Source: Haliotis rubra (lineage: Eukaryota). From it: a DNA stretch of 64,000 nucleotides. The position numbers and the translations under genes are program-made. The stretch lies in NCBI RefSeq assembly GCF_003918875.1, contig NW_025767512.1, positions 1,364,001-1,428,000 of the forward strand, given 5' to 3'. Shown in pieces: positions 50,380-64,000 of this stretch. A model generated the notes under the pieces. The model worked only from the letters and a program-made list of their open reading frames with translations, was not told where the DNA came from and searched no databases. Numbering within the stretch: the first letter of the stretch is position 1; each line of letters begins with the position of its first letter.

Positions 50380-50853
50380 GATTGTTTGACCCGGAAATGC
50401 ATAAAACAAACGTATTTTGGGATTCCTTTTTCAAAGTTAAACTTTCAACATCATGCGATTTCTATTTGACGTGTAAATATTTGATCGTGTTAAAAAATAT
50501 TCCCTATGGAAATTTCGTACATCACCGTATCTGTTCCGGAAAACTCCGAAGAGCCAGCTCTCGCGGCACACTGACTGATGATGCGAGATTTAGCGAGAGC
50601 ACGCGCCATTTAGCGGCAGGACTACTGACCACTGAAAGTTTTTCAACACTCGAGAAGAAAGCCACTCAATTCTTGAAATTGTCGATAATAATTACGATTT
50701 TTCGAATAATTGAAGTCCTAACACCCTGAGCACCATCCCGGTTTACCCAGGAGGTGACTGTGGATATCGCACGGAGTGATTGAATCGTGTTCACAGGACG
50801 GACTAGGCCTGTGGCGGACATTGCGAGCCTTTGTCTTGATCCGAAAGGTGAGT
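50380..50853 (+). promoter_or_regulatory. Bidirectional promoter region and probable non-coding first exon (about 50600-50847) of a divergent gene
   Basis: ETS-like CCGGAA at 50391 and 50536, YY1-like CGCCATTT near 50604, CpG enrichment, about 250 nt without ATG ending in AAG|GTGAGT; acceptor ttttcag| at 50992. Confidence 0.55.
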
Positions 50854-53099
50854 TTAATCGAGTCGCGCTGACCCAATGGCGAACATTATGTCGCAGTTTG
50901 ATGTGTAAATCAGATAATACGTGAATTAAATTAGTCAGCAGATCGATCAAGCATATTGCATTTGTGCTGTAATTTTACTCTTAACTTTTCAGTTGTGAAA
51001 CAGCCAAGTTGGCACAAAATTAGGTCATTGCTTGTCGGGGAGCATGGACTAAATAAGTCCGCTTATGATTTGTACGCTTCAGTGCAATTTTTTTCTCTCG
51101 GCAATCGACAATTATTGATTCCTCAATGTTTGTTGAAGGAGGCAGTCGTGATTCCTCCATCTGCCGAGATGTGGCGCAAAGCTGACAGGCGCGTGTGTTC
51201 AAAATATCCCAGTTTTGACTATTTGCAGACTGCACCATGGGACATCCATGTCGGTGCATTTTATGCAAATGACCCCCAGCAGAGGGGTGTCGATTTCGCC
51301 GAGGCTTGATGACGGACCGTACTTCCTCCCTTTGTTTTGCCCCTTCCTAGTGTCAAATAGTTTCGTAGACAGGCAAATAAAGCCACATTTATGAATATTT
51401 GAACAATTTTGTACGAATTGTAAAGCGCATTTCAGGAATTTCCAAACATTGAACGAATCCTTCACATGGGTTATATCTCTGAAGTTGTCCAGGTGGTGTG
51501 TGTATTGACAACAATGATTGTGTTTATTAGCCTCTGTGTAAACGTCATAAATTATCACTTTGATGAATTGACACAGCTAACTCAGAGACTTGTAAATTGA
51601 TTTGTGCCCTTCAATCTGATGAATAAAATTACGCTTTCTAGCGTGGTACGTTTTAGCTTCATTTGGATTAAGCAGAATGCAAACATTGGCCCAAATATTT
51701 ATTGATTCTTGTAGGGTGAGATTGTGTGTCAGAGATGGATGGTGATTATGTTGAACTGGCAAATGAAATCAGTGTTGGAAATGATCTCTTTGGCATGACT
51801 AAATTTGTATTGTTTGCAATTTCAGATTTAACACACCTATTCTATTTTGTGATTACTTGCTAGTGACAGTGCTTGTTTAACTGAATATTTTAGCTGTGTG
51901 TTTTATGTTGACTATTTCACATGGCATGCTTTTACATGGTTGCTTTATTATTTTGCGTAGCATTGATTGATGTGTGGAATCTTTGCCAGCTCCATTTATA
52001 GTCAGTGTACTTCTAAATTCTGATAACTTAGGAATTTTTCATTTACCATTATGGTCATGTTATTTTCATTTGTCAAAAGTCAGTAGTTTAAGTTCTGCAC
52101 AACATGTAAAATGATATGAACATTATGTGTATACTTCGGTACTTACCCAGTTACATCATTCTGGACTGAAAACTGCTATCAGTTTGTCACATTGTTTATG
52201 AAATCACATTATAACATAGTAAGGGACCTGTATTCACTATATAGTTTGTTGTGTAGTGTCACTCTGCAATAGGTAGATAATCCTTGGGGTTGGGTGGGGG
52301 AGATGCTCAGGCTGCCCTAGTAACATGCATAGAAGTCATCATGTAATTTGGAGAATTTTGGCATGTTTCTTTCAAGATTTATGTGTTTGTAATGATTTCC
52401 CATTTTGTTTGTTGATAAACACATTTGATATATCATCTTCCAAGGAAAGCCTTATTGAGGACAAGTAGTTTTTTTATATTTGATAGTTTACATTGTTTGC
52501 AAGGACAAACAAGCACTTATGCAGCTGTTTTACAGAAGATGCGTCTTGGGGTGTCACATCTGTCATTGCTAGGCATGCCATGATGCACCAAGGTCAGGGT
52601 GATCTGTGTATTGGGTTATCATGACACTGGTGAACATGCATTTCATATATATTCTAGGACTGTGCATGATATTACTGGTGTACCGAAGTATGTATCTCAA
52701 ATAATTTGTATTGCAATATTTTTAGAATGAATATTTGGTTAAAAAAATATAACTAGTTTTGTCATTATCTTTATGGTGTACGTTAAACTATACACTTTCA
52801 TTGACCCATAGCAATTAATTGATAAAATGACATAGGTTGAATAGTATAAAATCTATAAAAAAGAAACAATCACTAACTATCCAGCCTTTTTGTTTTTGCA
52901 ATTGGTGATATCAGAACCGTATCATTTGTTTTTAGGGAATTAATATGTAGAAAATAAAATCTGTATGTACAAACATCAAAACCCATCGTCAAACACAAGC
53001 TCACAGTACATCACAGTATGTATCCTAGTCTGTCTCACAGTCCCTGAACCACATTAATTTCCCTATTGCCAAGCCCTCTCTGCAATGCTAAAGCCTTAA

Positions 53100-54177
53100 A
53101 GGTCACATGCAACGTAAAACACAACTTTGCAGATTCTGATACCTTTCGGTATGGACATAGCGAAACAAATCGTCAAAAATGCAAATTCAACTTATAAAGT
53201 TGAAAAATAACGCAATGAAAAAAGACGTGCGAAATCGGAGTTCAAACGTTTCGCTAATTTTCCCCAGACTTTTCTGGGGAATACGGGTTTCAACAGCTGG
53301 GCTGCGCTCATAGCACGTGCGCAAGTAAAGAGGTTCGCGCAGCTTGGAAGCGGGTTGTCGGGTGAATACTCGGTGAAGGCTTTGGTGTGAGCTATTTTTC
53401 TAATGTTTTGTTGATATCTCACGAGCGCGAGCTTTTATATGTTATGACAGTAAATAAACTGTTTATATAATTTCAATTGTCTATTTCACCACACGTTCTT
53501 CTTACCGCGTCACTTTCTCAGTTCGATGCTTAAAAGCAATGTCATTATTTAAGCGTTGACAGAATTTCTAACTGTGATATAGATATGTCGTTTGTCACAG
53601 ACAAAACTCAATGTCTTGTTTTATTGACACCTGTGTGTCTGCCTGCCTGTCTGCTAATGACAATATTCAATACACAACTCGCGATCACTGACCACATGCA
53701 ATTTGAACTTAACACCAATCAGGCTATACACCATAAACAAAAGCGCATTGATTTATGGCCCGAGTTCGGTCTCTGTTACATTATGTAATTACACAGACAG
53801 GCAGGTGTGATACTTGAACACATGACATGTTATGATGTCTGTTGATTGCAAAATGTTATACACAAAAAATGAGCATGTATTTACAAAACCCAACATCTCT
53901 ACACACACACCATGAGCCAGCCGTGAAGGCGGCATCTGCTAATGAACCAGCCGTTACACTTGAGTGCACACCAACCCGCTCTGACTGGGTTCGGTATCCC
54001 GGCTGCTTTGTTTCGAGGGAGGTAAACCCAAGTACACAATATTGCACTTTTGATTTGCGATTATACGCTTATAATTTTGTTTATTTGTTTTTTCATAATC
54101 AGCAATGCATATTATATGTCATGAAGAAGTGATAATTGTGTTTTAATTATGTTTGATTTTTTGGTTGCATGTGACCT
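53100..54177. mobile_element. Kolobok-like non-autonomous element nested in an older repeat
   Basis: TTAA TSD, TIR AGGTCACATGCAAC; flanks rejoin into the repeat seen intact at 21648-21836. Confidence 0.85.
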
Positions 54178-54984
54178 TTAAATAAAGTAAGTCTAGATTT
54201 CCTCAGTCTGAATCTCTGGTCTCCCTGGGGCTCCTTTTCAATATATATGGGCTTGTTTGTTACTATCAAAATTATATATATTCAGAGACTAAGCCTTAGT
54301 CTATATGTATCCCTGTATCCCAGTATATTGCAGTACAATTCATTTGCCAATACACAGTCCTAATATTTACACCTGGCTACATAATACAGGTGTTAATTGG
54401 CTACATAATACAGGGGTTAAATTTGATTCGTATTTGTGTTTGTTTTTGATGAAGTATATTTATTATGCTTTGTAGTAAGTCTCCATGATAGTTGCTGGGT
54501 TGTATTACCTTGTGACTCATTGCAATATAGATTACCATGTCTGCATAAAACCTGAGAACAGACCTAAATTAAACAATTTTGTTGTCGTTTCTGTAGCTGG
54601 CCACTGATGGAGAATGCCATCCTGATGTAGTGTGAATTGAGGACACAGTGTGTGGTTAGCGTGACATGACACCCAACTGTGCATCATACATATTTATTGA
54701 TATTGTTACATTGTCGTCAGCTGTGTGAGTACAATTGGGTGAATATATGACTTCAACACTCTGTTTCAAAGTGCAGACTAAAAGTGCAGACAGAATTTGT
54801 TGTCACAATACGTTCAGTGCACTGACAGAAATGGCCACACATGTAAATATATGGTAGAAACTGATTTCTGTGCTTAGTTCTCAAACATAGTTGTAGTGTT
54901 TTAAAAAGAAATAAGCCTACAACCCTATTACAGTGAGGCCTATATGGTTTATTTCTGTCAAAGGGGCCACATGCCCATAGGACA

Positions 54985-55338
54985 GACCGCCTCTGTGGTG
55001 TAGTGGTTAGAGCGTTGGGCCGGACTGCGAAAGGTCACGGGTTCAATCCCCGACCGCGTCATACCAAAAGACGTTAAAATATGGTACTTGTTGGTCCCTG
55101 CCTGGCGCTCGGCATTAATGGGTACAACAAGGACTGGTCGGCTCGGAGTCAGTATAATGTGTCTGAGTGGGGTATTCATGCTTCACTGCAGCATGGTATC
55201 TCAGTGGACTAGTACTATAAAACCAGCTTCAGTCTGGGCTAGTACAAGCAGCCGCACATACACATACACACGCATGCACGTCATATGGGCGAAATATTCT
55301 CAAACACGACGTTAAACCCAATTCCACCACCACCACCA
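54985..55338 (+). mobile_element. tRNA-derived SINE with V-domain-like core
   Basis: Box A TGGTGTAGTGG, box B GGTTCAATCCC, core GTCATACCAAAAGACGTTAAAATATGGTAC...CCCTGCCTGGCGCTCGGCATTA, (CCA)n tail, TSD cccataggaca. Confidence 0.85.
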
Positions 55339-56667
55339 CCCATAGGACAATACAATTGTAAAATACACAAACATAAAATTTTAAAGAGGTGTAATTGGAA
55401 CCACAACATTTTTTTTATTTGGCCTTAGATATTTGGACTGCTGTGATTTCTTTGTGAAACAGAGCATTGTTATCTGTATCGTATCATTGTACTCCTCGCT
55501 GCCATGTGGGTGGAAGCAGTTAATCGTCGAAGTCCTTCCTGGAGCTTGTAACTTAATGTGCTAATCGCGTCAGCATCTGTCATTTTTAAGTTCACATTTC
55601 ATAACAGATGTAATTTCACAATTCAAATGCTATCAATGTTTGTGTAGTATCACGTGACACACATATTCACGGCAGCGTTTAAGGTTCATTTCAAAATTCT
55701 GTCCAAGCTTGAAAATATCAATTTACATTCATTATATTTGACGTTTCCTTTATTTCTATACCTGCACAATCATGATTTCTAAAGTGTAGTATTTCACACT
55801 TTTATACCATTTTTATTAGAACTGTATACTTTACCCAGTCTGCAATCTTGCTCTGGTTACTGGACTGAAATGTACTTTTGTTTCTGTTGTGTCTCACAGT
55901 ATCATGTTGGTGTTCACTCTCCAAAGTGGGCCAGTACAAGAATATTTTTGACAAAAATCATTTTTCAAAAAAATTGTTTTCGGGTGTATTTTATGACTAA
56001 AATTTGATTTGTGAATGTCTCTAAGGCACTGAGATCATATTTGAAACTTGTTAACAGTTTGACTCCATATTAATTTGGCTTTCATTATTAATTTGAGAAT
56101 GCTGTTGGCACCTTATCACAGGAGACAAGATCAGAAGTCCATTAATTGTTCATTTGGGAAAAAAACCCAGCGTCCTTATCTTGATAATCAATTTGATTGA
56201 GTCTCTCAGTTGCTAGCTTTTTCTTTAAAAAATACCAACACCTTTTAACTTCATTTTTGACAAAACAATCACTCATCTCCTTAACTTTCAAATATATCCC
56301 TTTACAAATGTAAAATGAAAAATATATGCCTTGACAATATGCTTCATGTAAAGTGGTGATGTTTTATAAGGCTGCAATGAAGATTGTTGTATGTCAACAT
56401 GGATAGTTTCAAAATGCAGCTGGCTGGCCGTAATGAATTTTGACTAGCCTGAGGCTAACAGAATAGTGTAGGTTCACTTACCGGATCATAATTTCGGGAT
56501 GGGTCATGTCCCGTCATGATGAATTTGCCCTGAAACCTCTCAGGGAACAGATTGAGTCTGTGCGTGTACCTCAGTATAATCAATTTATAATTCTGATGTG
56601 ACGATTTTCTTCATCTAATTGCAATATTTGTGGTTCATTGGACCATCCTTTGCTTAATGTGTGCCAT

Positions 56668-57015
56668 CAGGGCTCCAGATAATTTTTCATGATCAGGAGT
56701 ATGTACTCCTTATTTTTCTAATATAGGAATACTGGAAAACCTTACAAGTACATTTAGAGTACTGAATGGAATTTAATGGAGTATCAGTGATCTTGTGTTT
56801 AGTTTCATATATGCACCACAACATTGCTACTCTTGTGTAAATGGAGCAATAAACAATAAAATAATACGTTTCAGATAAATACATCTGTAAATGATTCTAA
56901 GACCATACACCATTGCTGTGGTGCATATCTGCTACGTTTTCTGAATTATTTCCTACAGTATCGTGCATATTTTACATTCTTAGATATGCCAATACGGCCC
57001 TTATCTGGAGCCCTG
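56668..57015. mobile_element. MITE with TIR CAGGGCTCCAGATAA; second copy at 61724-62011
   Basis: 15-bp perfect TIRs and two highly similar copies; no clear TSD. Confidence 0.78.
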
Positions 57016-58042
57016 CACAATCATTTAGGTCAGTGTTACATTTTCTGTGCCAAGTAATTGGTTATACAAATTCAAGTTCATCTTTTTGCACTGTTTTGTG
57101 AGAATTAGCATGATGAGCTATTGTAGTGTTGGTGGTCAAGGCATTGTCATTTTATGAGCAGTTCATAGCTGAACTAACTGGACCGGAAGACATTTAATTC
57201 TGTTCATTACATGGTGTTGTATGAATGAATAGTGTTGGCGGAATATATTTTTCTGTTAGGTACCATTAACACAGTTAAACATGTTCGTTGTGGCTAAATG
57301 TCACATAAAGATAATATTTGTTTCTGAGAGAATAGCTTGCGACAGTGTTTAAATAGTGATTTGGGCTCAGGTAAAGTTGTCATTTCATCTTTCAAGTTTT
57401 GACGAGACATTTCAGTAGGCTGAAGACTAGGTAATTATAATCAAAGTATTTGGCTTAAACAGCATTTTACTTTATCGCTACCCAATGAACAAATATTTAT
57501 GCCATTTTAGAAGACAATCGGTTATTGAAAGAAAATGAACAAATTTGAAATGTTCCTTGAAGACAGGGTCAGTGTTTCTGGTGTTATGTTTATATGCTCT
57601 AGTAAATTACAATACGTTTCATGTCTAAAATCTACTATCCTATCATCAATGATGATAGATCTAAGTCTTGTACTATCCTATCATCATGATGATAGATCAG
57701 TTGAAAATTCTCTTGGACAACAGGGCTGCCTTGAATCAATCTCAGAGCCAAAGTCCATATCCCATGTTAAGAACACAGAGCTACTCATGTGGGTACTGTC
57801 ATAAGTTCTTTCATTTTTTCGGACATGAGGGCTGCCAACCCTTGGATTTAACAATCTCAGAGCCATCCCACTTGTCCATATCCGGCATATACCAGTGTAT
57901 ACCTGTGAATGGAATCATTGATGAATTTACTTTTGACAAAGTAAACAGAACAGATGTAGAACAATTAGGATGTGAATACACTTGATGCATAAATGCCTGC
58001 CAACTCTCACATGTGGCTTGCGCCTCACGCTTTTATTACTCA

Positions 58043-58351
58043 GGCCTAAAAAAACATGTTGTGGTTCTGATTACCCGTCCGGCCCTTGAATTCTGGTGCC
58101 GACCCTGGTTTTTTTAAGCGGTATATATTAAATATGCATTCAGATATCATTGTTTTTTCCCTGGCACATCGGTCATTCTGGTAGAGAATGTCAACATGAT
58201 GGCGGCAATCTTGAATAAATAAACAATTGATAATGTGTTATTAGTTTCTCCTTTACTTCTAAAATAAAATGTAAAAAAAATATATTCCTACCCACCTACC
58301 CTAAATTTTAAAGAGCTGTAATCGGAACCACAACATTGTTCTTATTTGGCC
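58043..58351. mobile_element. Harbinger-like MITE, third family; solo end also at about 55390-55427
   Basis: TIR GGCC.AA...ATGTTGTGGTTC.GATTAC, flanks tca/tta. Confidence 0.7.
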
Positions 58352-58497
58352 TTATGTCACGCCTCATGACAAAACTGATAAATCTCACACTAAACTGAAT
58401 TACACCAAAAATCACACAAATAAGTTTGAAAACATAATTTTCGGTGACTTTAGAGAATTTGCATGTATGCGTCGATTATTTCAGGGGGTCCTCAGCA

Positions 58498-58876
58498 CAG
58501 GGACTTACCTTGATTCCTGTATTTGAGGGTCCCTGGGACTCATACTCTTAATTTTCAGGGGTCCAGGACAACAAAATGGGTGTCCCAGACACTTAAATAT
58601 TATTATTAATGCTATGTTGTAATATTGTTGTAATTCAGTTATTGTTATTGTATTGTGTATCATGATCATCACAGTGTTACAGTAATTAAATTGCAAATAA
58701 TACCATAACCCAGCTGGTAGCAAACTCAGTGATAACTTCTTGTCACTTGATTGGAATTTTTGCAAAAGTATTTAGACTTCTTCTGAGTCCCTGTGGACGC
58801 GCTAATAAATTTTGTTGCTTCCATTGTCAATTTTTGTAAGTATAGGATGCAGCAATTCGTGCCCTGTAAATCCCTG
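58498..58876. mobile_element. hAT-like MITE; inverted sister copy at 59759-60094
   Basis: TIR CAGGGA.TTAC / GTAAATCCCTG, 8-bp TSD cctcagca/cttcagca. Confidence 0.78.
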
Positions 58877-59758
58877 CTTCAGCACCTCAAGGTTTTTTTT
58901 CTCTTGAATAATGTCATTCACAAATAAAATTTAAGAAATTGAATGTAAACATTCCATATTACAACTGCTTATTAATTTGCTTATATTAAAGCGATATTCG
59001 CTGTTAGGCCTGTTTGTTGGCATGAAGTTATTATTCATATTTGATGCTTGTTTTTATTGGAATTTTATGTAGTTATACTGCCTTGGGTCTGTTCTGTTGG
59101 CTGTTATGCATCAATAAATTATCATTTTAAATCAATGGACACAAAATGACATTTCAGATGTGTTATTATCATTTGTTTGTGTGCTCCATGAAGTATGTGA
59201 CAATGAACTATTTCTGAATACATCTAATTAACAACAGGCAACATGAGGCTGTCAGTCAAATAGGAAATATAGATGTTCATGTACGCAGTTGAAATGGATA
59301 CATTGGACAGTTGCGCAGTTTGTAAGCCATGTGTTTTTTAAGTGTTTCTTCATATTTAAGAAGGCAGTTCAAAATAATTTGGTTATGATGACATTTTTTA
59401 CAGCTCTGGGTAACCAAATCTCTTAGTCTATAGTCCGGGATCGGGTGGTCAGGCTCGCTGGCTTGGTTGACACATGTCATCGGTTCCCAATTGCGCAGGT
59501 TGATGTTTCGAATTTTGATAACCATCGTCACTATTTCAATTCAATATTTGAATACCTATTTAGATTATTACCACACAGCCAGAACGTAATTTTGACTCAA
59601 ACTTGAGCAGTTTCGAGCGCTGAAATAAGGCGAAATGTGATTGGTTTACGTGGGGCTAATTATCCAATAAGAATTGTTGTTAGTAGACAATGCCAAGTTG
59701 ACGATGAATTTCACGCTGAAAAGCAGATGTTTTTACTTGTATGAAGAATCGAATAAAA

Positions 59759-60094
59759 CAGGGATTTACAGGACGCGAATTCCTGCGTCCTATACACATA
59801 AAAATTGACAATGGACGCAACAAAATTAATTAGCGCGTCCACAGGGACTCAGAAAAAAAGTCCCAATACTTTTTGTAAAAATTCCAATTGAGTGACAATA
59901 AGTTATCACTGAGTTTGCTACTAGCTGGGTTATGGTATCATTTGCAATTTAATTACTGTAACAATGTGGTGATCATGATACACAATACAGTAACAGTATT
60001 AATGATAATATTTAAAGTGTCTGGAACCCCCATTTTGTTGTCCAGGATCCCAGAAAATTAAGCTCAAATACAGGACTCTATAGGTAAATCCCTG
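59759..60094. mobile_element. hAT-like MITE, reverse-oriented relative of 58498-58876
   Basis: Same TIRs; interior is the reverse complement over about 300 bp. Confidence 0.78.
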
Positions 60095-60593
60095 CATAAA
60101 AAATTATTGAATCGAGGGTCCAATATCGAAAATCGTATCAAATCGAATCATGGTGTGAGTGAATTGTTGCAGTCCTACATTTCTATAAGTGTGTCGAATA
60201 CATTTTCTAAGCAAATTGGCTTGGCCTCTTCCTATCGGTTTGCAGTGAGCTGGTCATTGGCTTCCTGCATAGAATTATGTAATTTGATTAGCTCATGGGA
60301 AGAAATAAGACAATTACAATTGATTTGAAACCTCCAGATATTAGATATTGACTTAAAAAAATGATAGGGTGATTCAGTGCAAAGGCTGTGGCAACTTGAC
60401 TATCAGTGTCCAAATGGGAAATCTTCGAACAGTAATGATACAGAGAGTGTACGAGTGTTTCCTTGATTTGGAAATCATTTGTAATTGACACAGTTTGAGT
60501 TGTAAACTCATACCACAATTGGATGTCACAGATGTATTTTCTTCAGCAATATTAATGTTTAGATGTTTCTTTTTCAGTTTGTTAGGTTGTGTA

Positions 60594-61419
60594 TTATTAT
60601 CCCCCGCCGCGCGTTTAGCGAAAAGCGGGGGATATAGTATTAGGCCCCCGTCCGTACGTACGTACATACAAATTGGAATATCTTAAGAACCGTTCACTAG
60701 ATTCTTTTCATATTTGGTACCTAGGTTCATCACACTATAAGAAAGGTCCAAGTCAGGTTTGGTGACCTTGACCTTCATTTCAAGGTCACAAGGGGACTTT
60801 CATGTTTTACCTGCATGTTAAGCTATCTCAAGAACCGTTCACTGGATTTTCTTTATATGCAATTCCAAGCTTTATCTAGGGAAGGTGCAGGGCCCAGTCT
60901 ATTTTGGTGACCTTCACATAATTTTCAAGGTCATGGCGACACTTTGAAGATTTCAGCATGTTAAGCTATCTCAAGAACCGTTTCTGAACCGTTTCCTGGA
61001 TTTTCTTCATATTCAACCCCAAGCTTTATCTAGGGAAGGTGCAGGGCCCAGTCGATTTTGGTGACCTTCATTTAATTTTCAAGGTCACAGAGACACTTTC
61101 ACGATTTCAGCATGTTAACCTGAATTGTCATCAAGATATTTTAACAACGGTTCACTGGATTTTCTTCATAGACTTTCAAGACCTCCCTTGAATGTTTTTC
61201 AAAAAGCAGTTTCTTTAGTACTAGTTTTGCATATTTCATGCTCTGTGACATTCATGTCAAGGTCAATGTCAGTCTTGAAATTATGTGTGTGTTTGAACAA
61301 CTAAAGAGCAAGATAATGGTTTTTTTTGACATTTAATTTCATCTTAAACTTTCATTACTTTATAAGTTTGATTTGATAATTTGTGGGGGGATTATGTCAC
61401 CTTAGTGACAATGCTTGTT
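60594..61419 (+). mobile_element. Helentron-associated (HINE/DINE-1-like) element with internal tandem repeats
   Basis: 5' inverted pair atcccccgc/gcgggggat, ccgt/acgt microsatellite, about three internal units of about 140 bp with gacctt...aaggtca, 3' hairpin tgtcac-ctta-gtgaca, ends cttgtt. Confidence 0.8.
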
Positions 61420-61723
61420 GATGTCTCCCTAGACAAATCTGCTTGCTTAAATGTCATGTGTTAACCAAAGTAAGTTTGAATGCTCTTTTTGCCTTGTACC
61501 TCTAAGTGAGAACTTACTGTATTAGTGAAAAAAAAATTTTTGGTCAATATGAAAAGGCAAGAAACATATGCACTTTTATGCCACATCTATTTAATACATC
61601 TGGCAATTAGTTTGAAGTTTGACAGATATTGATATATCTTTTTCAACTACTGACCCCAGCTGTTGGTAAAAGTCAGCCTGTTTGCGAAATGATTCAAGTC
61701 ACAGCCCTTTGTAGGTACAGTAG

Positions 61724-62011
61724 CAGGGCTCCAGATAATTTTTCAACATCAGGAGTACGTACTCCCTATTTTTTCAATATAGGAATACTGAAAAACTTAA
61801 GAGTAGATTTTGAGTACTGAATGGAATTTAATGGCTTATCAGTAATCTTGTGTTTCTTTTCATATCTGCACCACAACATTGCTACTCTTGTGTAAACATG
61901 CGTACACCATTGCTGTGGTGCGTATCTGCTATGTTTTCTAAATTATTTCCTACCATATCATGCATATTTTATATCCGTACATAGCCGATACGGCCCTTAT
62001 CTGGAGCCCTG
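61724..62011. mobile_element. MITE with TIR CAGGGCTCCAGATAA, internally deleted copy
   Basis: Collinear with 56668-57015 apart from a deletion of about 60 bp. Confidence 0.78.
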
Positions 62012-62076
62012 AGTGGTCAAGCTGGTGCAGTGTTGGTCACCAAACTGTTGTGTTGGTAGTCTATCTTTTGTACATA

Positions 62077-64000
62077 CATCTTTTGTTCTCATATTAATGA
62101 TCAAATATAAATAACAAACACGTAAACCAACATTTAAACGTCATTATATTTTTGCAATTAATGGAAAATGGAAAAATACCCAATTGAGTTTGAGTGAGGT
62201 GGGTACAGTTTATTTGGTTACACAAAGGAAAATTAGGATGCCCAATTGAGATGAACACCAGGAGAGTACATAACTCAGTGACCCAAAAAGTTATCTGTAG
62301 CTCTGATCTCAGTTTCAGCAACATTAATTGGTGCTGTGTCCAAATCCTCTTCACCAGCCTCCGTAACTTCACTAAAAGAGTACTAAGAGAACCAGTTCAG
62401 ATGCTCTGAGCATCAGTCGGAGAGATCAAGGTTATGTCATCCCTTCCACCTGCTATGAACTGATGAAGCAATAACCACACCATATCTGAACACTATATCC
62501 TGTTTCACTGGCTTCCCAATCGCTTTGTTGCAATATTATCTTCCCACGATAGTTAACCTACCAACGTTGATCTCCCTCGTGTGCACTTGTTTAATTTGCT
62601 GTTACTGTCAGCCTTCCACAAACCATATTTATTCTGTACCTTGTTTACGATTCAATCTTGCATGACGACAGTGTCTGGATCCATTTTGAAACAGCGCTGT
62701 TACAGTAAACGTGTAAAGTTGTTATCCGTAAATTGTCTCCTTACAGTCAAACTAATACCCTTAAAATGTCTTGAGGCAGTCTTTACTGGATTTGACTGTT
62801 CATATGGACAGTCATAAGCTGAGGAGTGACAGAAATGTTCTCGAGGTTGACTCAGGAGCAGACGTCGCAAAACAGCTGTGTCTTCAGTTTAATGTCCCCA
62901 AAACTGCCTGAAGCTATTGAGAGAGAAAATATCTTATCCAAAGCATATTTTTACATAGAACAGATTACTAAAAGTTATGGGTAAAACTGCTCTGGTTATG
63001 AAAATGATATTTAATAGTTATTCTTATCACTGGTCCCTGAATAGTCATTTGGGTTATCGGACTCTGAAGGTCAGGGAATCCCTGTGTATCTTCAATGCAG
63101 CCCGCTAAGATACTCAGTTTCAAATAAATACACAATTACAGCATTGTCAGACAATGATTCATGTTCAAGCAGTATGGTGTCATAAGATACATGATAAACC
63201 CTTTTAAAAAAAGAGAGGTAAATTTAAGAGGTACAGCTTCGGTTTTTTTCAATTTTGAGTTTTGTGTTGTCCCAAACAAACAAAATCCAGGTCAGCCATG
63301 TTACATAGCAATTGATTGCAAATATGCAACGCCATACGTGGCAATATCGTGTCTATGTTGAGCAAAACATGCCGTCACACGTGACTGAACCATTCAGGAA
63401 ATGTGATTATTTTATAGACAGTGATGTCGTTATGTCAACAGCTGCGGACGCGAGCAGTGGCTCGGGGCTATAGATACGAGACATCCACTGTAGTGCTTGC
63501 TTATGAGTAGACTGCCCTTTATCTGGCCTTGTTAGGTCAGATTCTCACAGGCCACAATCTATTGTGAAGGAGGAAGGACTTCCACATACTGTCTAGGTTA
63601 TTCCATCCGTGTTTACTGTTTCAGGAAAATTGTTGATGTTAATCTTGTTGCTGATAGGTAGGATTGTGTCATACATAAATGAGGGCTGGTCAATTAATTT
63701 CAGATCAGTGTTCAGTCTTCTGACCACTTTTTAAAGGTGTAGAGTAGGTTAGTGGTTTTACAGAGCTACAGATAACTTTTTGGGTCATTGAGTTATGTAG
63801 TACATGTATATGTACTCGCTCGTGTTCATCTCAGTTGGGTATTCTAATTTTCCTTTGAATAACCAAATAAATTGTACTCACCTCACTCAAACTCAATTGG
63901 GTATTTTGCCATTTTCCATTAATTTTAAACACATAAAGTTTAAATGCTAGTGTTTTTTATTCATATTTGATCTATAATATGAGAAACGGTAAGAAAGATT
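62077..64000. mobile_element. Long inverted repeats (about 230 bp; 62077-62306 and 63761-64000) around a 1.45-kb spacer; foldback-type element
   Basis: aatacccaattgagtttgagtgaggtg...tgacccaaaaagttatctgtagctctg recurs as its reverse complement at the window end. Confidence 0.75.

Overview
Eukaryotic, AT-rich, repeat-dense animal genomic DNA. The SINE and MITE families look molluscan, probably gastropod/abalone-like (inference). Four protein-coding genes can be reconstructed by hand from splice signals: (1) a TEX36/HDNR-family gene on + (firm exons 12182-12328, 20255-20335, 22572-23039; probable first exon 2738-2785 behind an RFX X-box); (2) MED9 on + (31291-32711, two exons, apparent 1-nt frameshift near 32545); (3) intronless GEMIN6 on + (32838-33359), starting only 126 nt after the MED9 stop; (4) a complete 9-exon MAEA on - (50379-40490, 389 aa) with a U12-type intron. 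An unidentified divergent + strand transcript probably starts near 50600. The rest is about 28 SINE copies from three families, Harbinger-, hAT- and Kolobok-like MITEs, Helentron-type HINEs, a LINE fragment, a dead THAP domain, minisatellites and one assembly gap. The most interesting signals are the candidate MED9-GEMIN6 shared transcription unit, a 30-bp array in MAEA intron 6 built from copies of the adjacent splice acceptor fused to donor motifs, and a SINE-guided templated insertion of sequence from 3' of MAEA into a SINE 26 kb away. All identifications come from recalled protein and repeat motifs; no database search was run.
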